In this document: positions 60,585 through 64,000 of the stretch, in pieces
Position numbering within the stretch: position 1 is the first letter of the stretch
How the letters are laid out: each line of letters starts with the position of its first letter
Assembly (NCBI GenBank): GCA_026400535.1
Contig: JAPLOU010000052.1
Location: 54,715-118,714, forward strand
Length of the DNA stretch: 64,000 nucleotides
Source of the DNA: Hyphomicrobiales bacterium
Lineage (GTDB): Bacteria; Pseudomonadota; Alphaproteobacteria; Rhizobiales; Beijerinckiaceae
Direction: 5' to 3'
Notes under the pieces: generated by a model
The model's input: only the letters and a program-made list of their open reading frames with translations
Databases searched by the model: none
Told to the model about the DNA's origin: nothing
Translations under genes and position numbers: made by a program

Positions 60585-62158
60585 TTAGGTCGCCTGGCCG
60601 ATCAGGCTCATCGGCGATAGCAGCGGCATGTCGCGGAGAAGGAAGACCTGGCCGGCCAACGGAGCCATCATGCCGAGCACGACGAAAGATATGGCCACGC
60701 CCCCGGTCGCTCTCGCGGCCGGCATGCCGACGTTCCTGATCATGCAGGTCATGATCCAGTAGCCGATCGGGTAAGACAGGAACCTGGTGGCGTGGTCGAT
60801 GGCATGGGCCAGGACAATGCAGATTGTCAGGCCGGACAGATTGAAAAACAGGGACTTCACCAGTTCCGGAGGCTGGAGCGGAGATCCGGCCACAAACGCG
60901 TTCGACACGGCAGACAGGCTTCCCTGAGCGCCCGGACCGGGACCCCCGCCAGCGAGCGGTAGTGCAACGCCCATGCTGCAGAAGACCGAGGACTGGATCA
61001 GCCCGAGCATCGCGGTGCATGGCCACTTCTGGCTGAGCAGGTTCCGGTGCGCGCCGTGGCGAAGACCTGATGCGGCCCCCAACCGCCTTGGGCCGGCGCC
61101 GCGAACGTCGCCTTCAGCGAACGAAGCACTGCCGCCGGCTCACGCTCCGGCCAGGTTGCATCGACAGGCGCTAGGGCTGCCGTCAACGCCCGCAAGGCAA
61201 GGGCAATGGCACCCTCATGGGTGAGGCTCGCGCTGTGCATGCCATGCGGCAGCGCTTCGGCCACAAGATCGATCATGGGCTTGTCGGCAGGCCAGGGACG
61301 GGACCAGCCCTGCCGACTGTGGATCGGGTTACATCGCACCAGAATGATGAGATCAGCCCGTTCGATCAGCAGATTGACAAGGGCATCCGCCTTTGGCGCC
61401 AGCCCTGTGGCGCCGAGATGCACGGGATGCTCCGGCGGCAGGAACCCCTTGGCCTTCTAGGTCGTCAGCACCGGCGTGCCGATCCGTTCGGCGAACGGCG
61501 CCAAGGCCTCGCTGCGCGCGGTGTTCGCCACATCGAGGCCGGCGATGATCAGGGGCTGGCGGGCGCGTGCACCGAGGTCCAGCGCCGGCCCCGGATCGGC
61601 GGCGTGCCGGAGATCCGGCACGCAACGCAGGACCAGCGGCTGCTCCGGCTGCGGTGCGTCCGCGATCGTGATCGGCCGTTCGATATGCACCGGCCCAGGC
61701 CGGCGCTTCAGCGCGATGGCGAGGGTCTTGTCCGTCACGAGGCCCTCGCTGCCCGCCAGCGCCCGGAAACTCGCATTGATGATGGCGCGCATCAGCGCGC
61801 CGGGATCGATCACCCGGTGCGTTGATCTCTTGGCCAGCGCCGCATCGAAACAGCCTCTGATGACGATCATCGGCACGCGATCGTGATGGTCATGGGCGAT
61901 CACTTTGGCGGCGTTGGAGAGCCCCGGTCCGATGGTCGTGGCCAGACGGGCGGGAGCGCAGGTCGCTTGCCACATACCCTCCGCCATGAAACCTTGCGCC
62001 GTCTCGTGCCGTGTCAGTACGAACGAGATCCTGGCCCGGTCGAGCGCTACCACCGGTACCAGCACTTCCCCGACCGGCATGCCGAAGGCGAGACGGATGC
62101 CGGCCTTAGCAAGGCAGCGGGCGACCAGGTCCGCGCCGGTGATCGTCTCTGGGCCCAT
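60585..62158 (-). pseudogene. thiamine-pyrophosphate enzyme (acetolactate synthase large-subunit-like) pseudogene
   Basis: N-domain MGPETITGADLVARCLAKAGIRLAFGMP..., middle domain ...ERIGTPVLTT then TAG (61457-61459), then in the same frame KAKGFLPPEHPVHLGATGL.... The C-terminal TPP domain (GAHRNLLSQKWP...SSVFCSMGVALPLAGG) lies in a different frame (ORF 60585-61082) with a degenerate GDG motif. Confidence 0.65.
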
Positions 62159-62374
62159 GACAAGGGTCCTGCAGGCCGGTGGTTCAAGGGAATGCCGCCC
62201 GCAAGGCGGGATCGCACGGGAACATGGCGCAGCTTTGCGGCAGGCCCTTGCTTTGTTACGGGGCGGCGGCACACGGATGTTCACCTTGACGTCCGGGGAT
62301 GAACGTGGTTGCTCCCGCCCCGGCTCTGCGGGTGGTCTGCGGCGTCGGCTCACAACCTTCAGAGCACCTGCCCG

Positions 62375-63328
62375 ATGAAGACAGATCCCCATCCGCTCAA
62401 GTTCGCCGTGATCGGCGTCGGCTCAATGGGGCGCAACCACGCCCGCATCCTGGCCTCCTTGCCGACCGTCGACCTTGTCGGCATCGTTGATCCCGATCCG
62501 GATGCAAGGCGCCAGATCGCGAGCATGGCGCAGGCCGAGGCCATGGCCGATGTGGACGAGGCCATCGCACGCGGCATCGACGCCGCGATCGTGGCTGTGC
62601 CAACGGTCCAGCATCATGATGTCGCCCGTCGTCTGATCGATGCCGGCGTGCATGTGCTGATCGAAAAGCCGATCGCCGCCACCAGCGCCGAGGCACACGA
62701 CCTCATCGACCGCGCCGCGGCGAAGGGCACGATCCTCACGGTCGGCCATGTCGAGCGGTTCAATCCTGCCATCCGCACGCTCTTCGAGGCGATCGGCGGC
62801 GAAGACATCATTTCGATCGCGATCTCGCGCGTCGGACCGTTTCCGCCCCGCATCAGCGATGTCGGCATCGTCACGGACCTTGGGGTCCATGACATTGACC
62901 TGATCCGCTGGCTCAGCAGCTCGGAGATCGTCGAACACCAGTCGCTGCTGACCCGCGCCAGGGGCGAGCATGAGGATATCGCTTTCCTGCAGTTCCGGCT
63001 GGCCAATGGTGCGTTGGCGCATATCAACACCAATTGGCTGACACCGTTCAAGGAGCGCCGCATCAGCGTTTCGACAGCAAAGCGCTTCATCGTTTGCGAT
63101 ATGCTCCTGCGCACGGTCAACGAGTTCTCCGGATTCATGCCGGACGGCCTGCCGGACCGGCTCGCTCAGGGCAGCTTCGTCAGCCGCAGCCTCAGCGTGC
63201 CGTTCGTCGAGCCGCTGCGCGCTGAGATCGACGCCTTCATCGACGCGATCCGTGGACGCGGACCCGTGATGGTCAGCGGGCTCGATGGCGCCCGCACCCT
63301 CGAAGTCGCGCTCGCCTGCCTGGCTTGA
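62375..63328 (+). CDS. Gfo/Idh/MocA family oxidoreductase
   Basis: KFAVIGVGSMGRNHA (Rossmann), VLIEKPIA, VGHVERFNP. Confidence 0.85.
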   Translation: MKTDPHPLKFAVIGVGSMGRNHARILASLPTVDLVGIVDPDPDARRQIASMAQAEAMADVDEAIARGIDAAIVAVPTVQHHDVARRLIDAGVHVLIEKPIAATSAEAHDLIDRAAAKGTILTVGHVERFNPAIRTLFEAIGGEDIISIAISRVGPFPPRISDVGIVTDLGVHDIDLIRWLSSSEIVEHQSLLTRARGEHEDIAFLQFRLANGALAHINTNWLTPFKERRISVSTAKRFIVCDMLLRTVNEFSGFMPDGLPDRLAQGSFVSRSLSVPFVEPLRAEIDAFIDAIRGRGPVMVSGLDGARTLEVALACLA

Positions 63329-63365
63329 ATGGGCGTGGCCCGTTCCGGCAAACCGGAGCAGCGTA

Positions 63366-64000
63366 TCAGCCGCCGGTCGGCTCCGCGGCCCAGCCACCCG
63401 TGCGCGGGATGTGGCGGCCCGAACCGGGGGCTCCAACCGTCGCCCCGTTCCGGGCCACCGGCCGTCCGCGCACCAGCACGGTCTCGGGCCAGCCTTTCAC
63501 TGTTCGCCCGGCAAAGGGCGTGTAGCCGGTGTTGCCCACCATCAGCGCATCGGTGAGCGTGACGCGGCGGTTCGCATCCCAGATCGCGATGTCGGCATCA
63601 AGCCCACGGCAAGGCTCCCCTTGCCGGCAAGGTTGTAGATGCGCGCAGGCTGGGTCGCCGTCAGGTTGACGAAGCTCTGCAGCGCCTGTCCTGCGAACTC
63701 CGGGCGCTTCTTCGATACCATGGCGTCGAACATCAGTGGCATCCGCGTTTCAAGACCAGGCAAGCCGTTGGCGATCTGCTTGAAGCTGCTGTTCGGGCCA
63801 CCCGAGAGCTTGCCACTGGCGTCGAAACGATAGGGCGCGTGATCGGAAGAGACGGTTTGCAGGTCTCCGCGCGCGAGAGCGGCCCACAGCGCCTCCTGAT
63901 CCGACTTGTCGCGGGGAGGAGGCGAGCACATGAACTTGGCACCTTCCAGGCCCGGCCGATCGAGATCAGCCGCCGTCAGGAACAGGTATTGCGGGCAGGT
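63366..64000 (-). pseudogene. dihydropyrimidinase / D-hydantoinase C-terminal part with a 1-nt frameshift (5' end beyond the right edge)
   Basis: Minus strand reads TCPQYLFLTAADL...GAKFMCSPPPRD...LQTVSSDHAPY...ARIYNLAGKGSLAVGL. The expected DADIAIWDANRRVTLTDALMVGNTGYTPFAGRTVKGWPETVLVRGRPV...* continues in the -1 frame, with its stop at 63366-63368. The shift maps to about 63598-63603. Confidence 0.7.

Noticed and set aside
60585-61082. 165-aa ORF that at first looked like a small multi-pass membrane protein
   Set aside because: Its sequence (GAHRNLLSQKWP...SSVFCSMGVALPLAGG...) aligns by eye with the TPP-binding C-domain of acetolactate-synthase-like enzymes. It is the frameshifted tail of the pseudogene at 60585-62158.

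Overview
High-GC alphaproteobacterial chromosome segment; the gene order looks Hyphomicrobiales/Rhizobiales-like, judged from memory because no search was possible. Most of the window is conserved housekeeping synteny: rnd, pccB, aspS, erpA-dgt-argS-SPOR-nagZ-scpA-scpB, tatABC, serS-surE-pcm-nlpD-like, yajC-secD-secF, a csp gene, trmFO, scoAB. I found no rRNA, tRNA or CRISPR array. Accessory patches interrupt this backbone. (1) An ISAs1-type transposase remnant is bracketed by a 14-bp direct repeat. It sits next to a translationally coupled envelope cluster of unknown function: DUF3604 lipoprotein, small lipoprotein, membrane-anchored parvulin and a HupE/UreJ permease. This cluster is my best candidate for an undescribed system. 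(2) A polysaccharide-modification cassette (GT2, XAT acetyltransferase, two SAM methyltransferases). (3) Incomplete ABC transporter sets. (4) An RND efflux pair surrounded by decayed genes: a crotonase tail, a TPP enzyme with an in-frame stop plus frameshift, and a hydantoinase with a 1-nt deletion. A GST pseudogene lies elsewhere in the window. The most unusual single observation is an intact serS carrying an in-frame block of about 60 codons. The block has clearly lower GC, is bracketed by an 8-bp inverted repeat, and lies in the variable loop before [11 protein letters not shown]. Other sequence-level oddities are a roughly 105-nt nested perfect palindrome after aspS, two perfect short tandem duplications (15 bp and 14 bp), and an Irr/ICE-like half-perfect box upstream of the Fe(3+) binding-protein gene. 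The ORF track uses ATG, GTG and TTG starts, so I moved many starts to the first plausible internal start. The many long ORFs antisense to real genes are high-GC shadow ORFs and were rejected. All homology calls rest on motif recognition by eye, not on searches.
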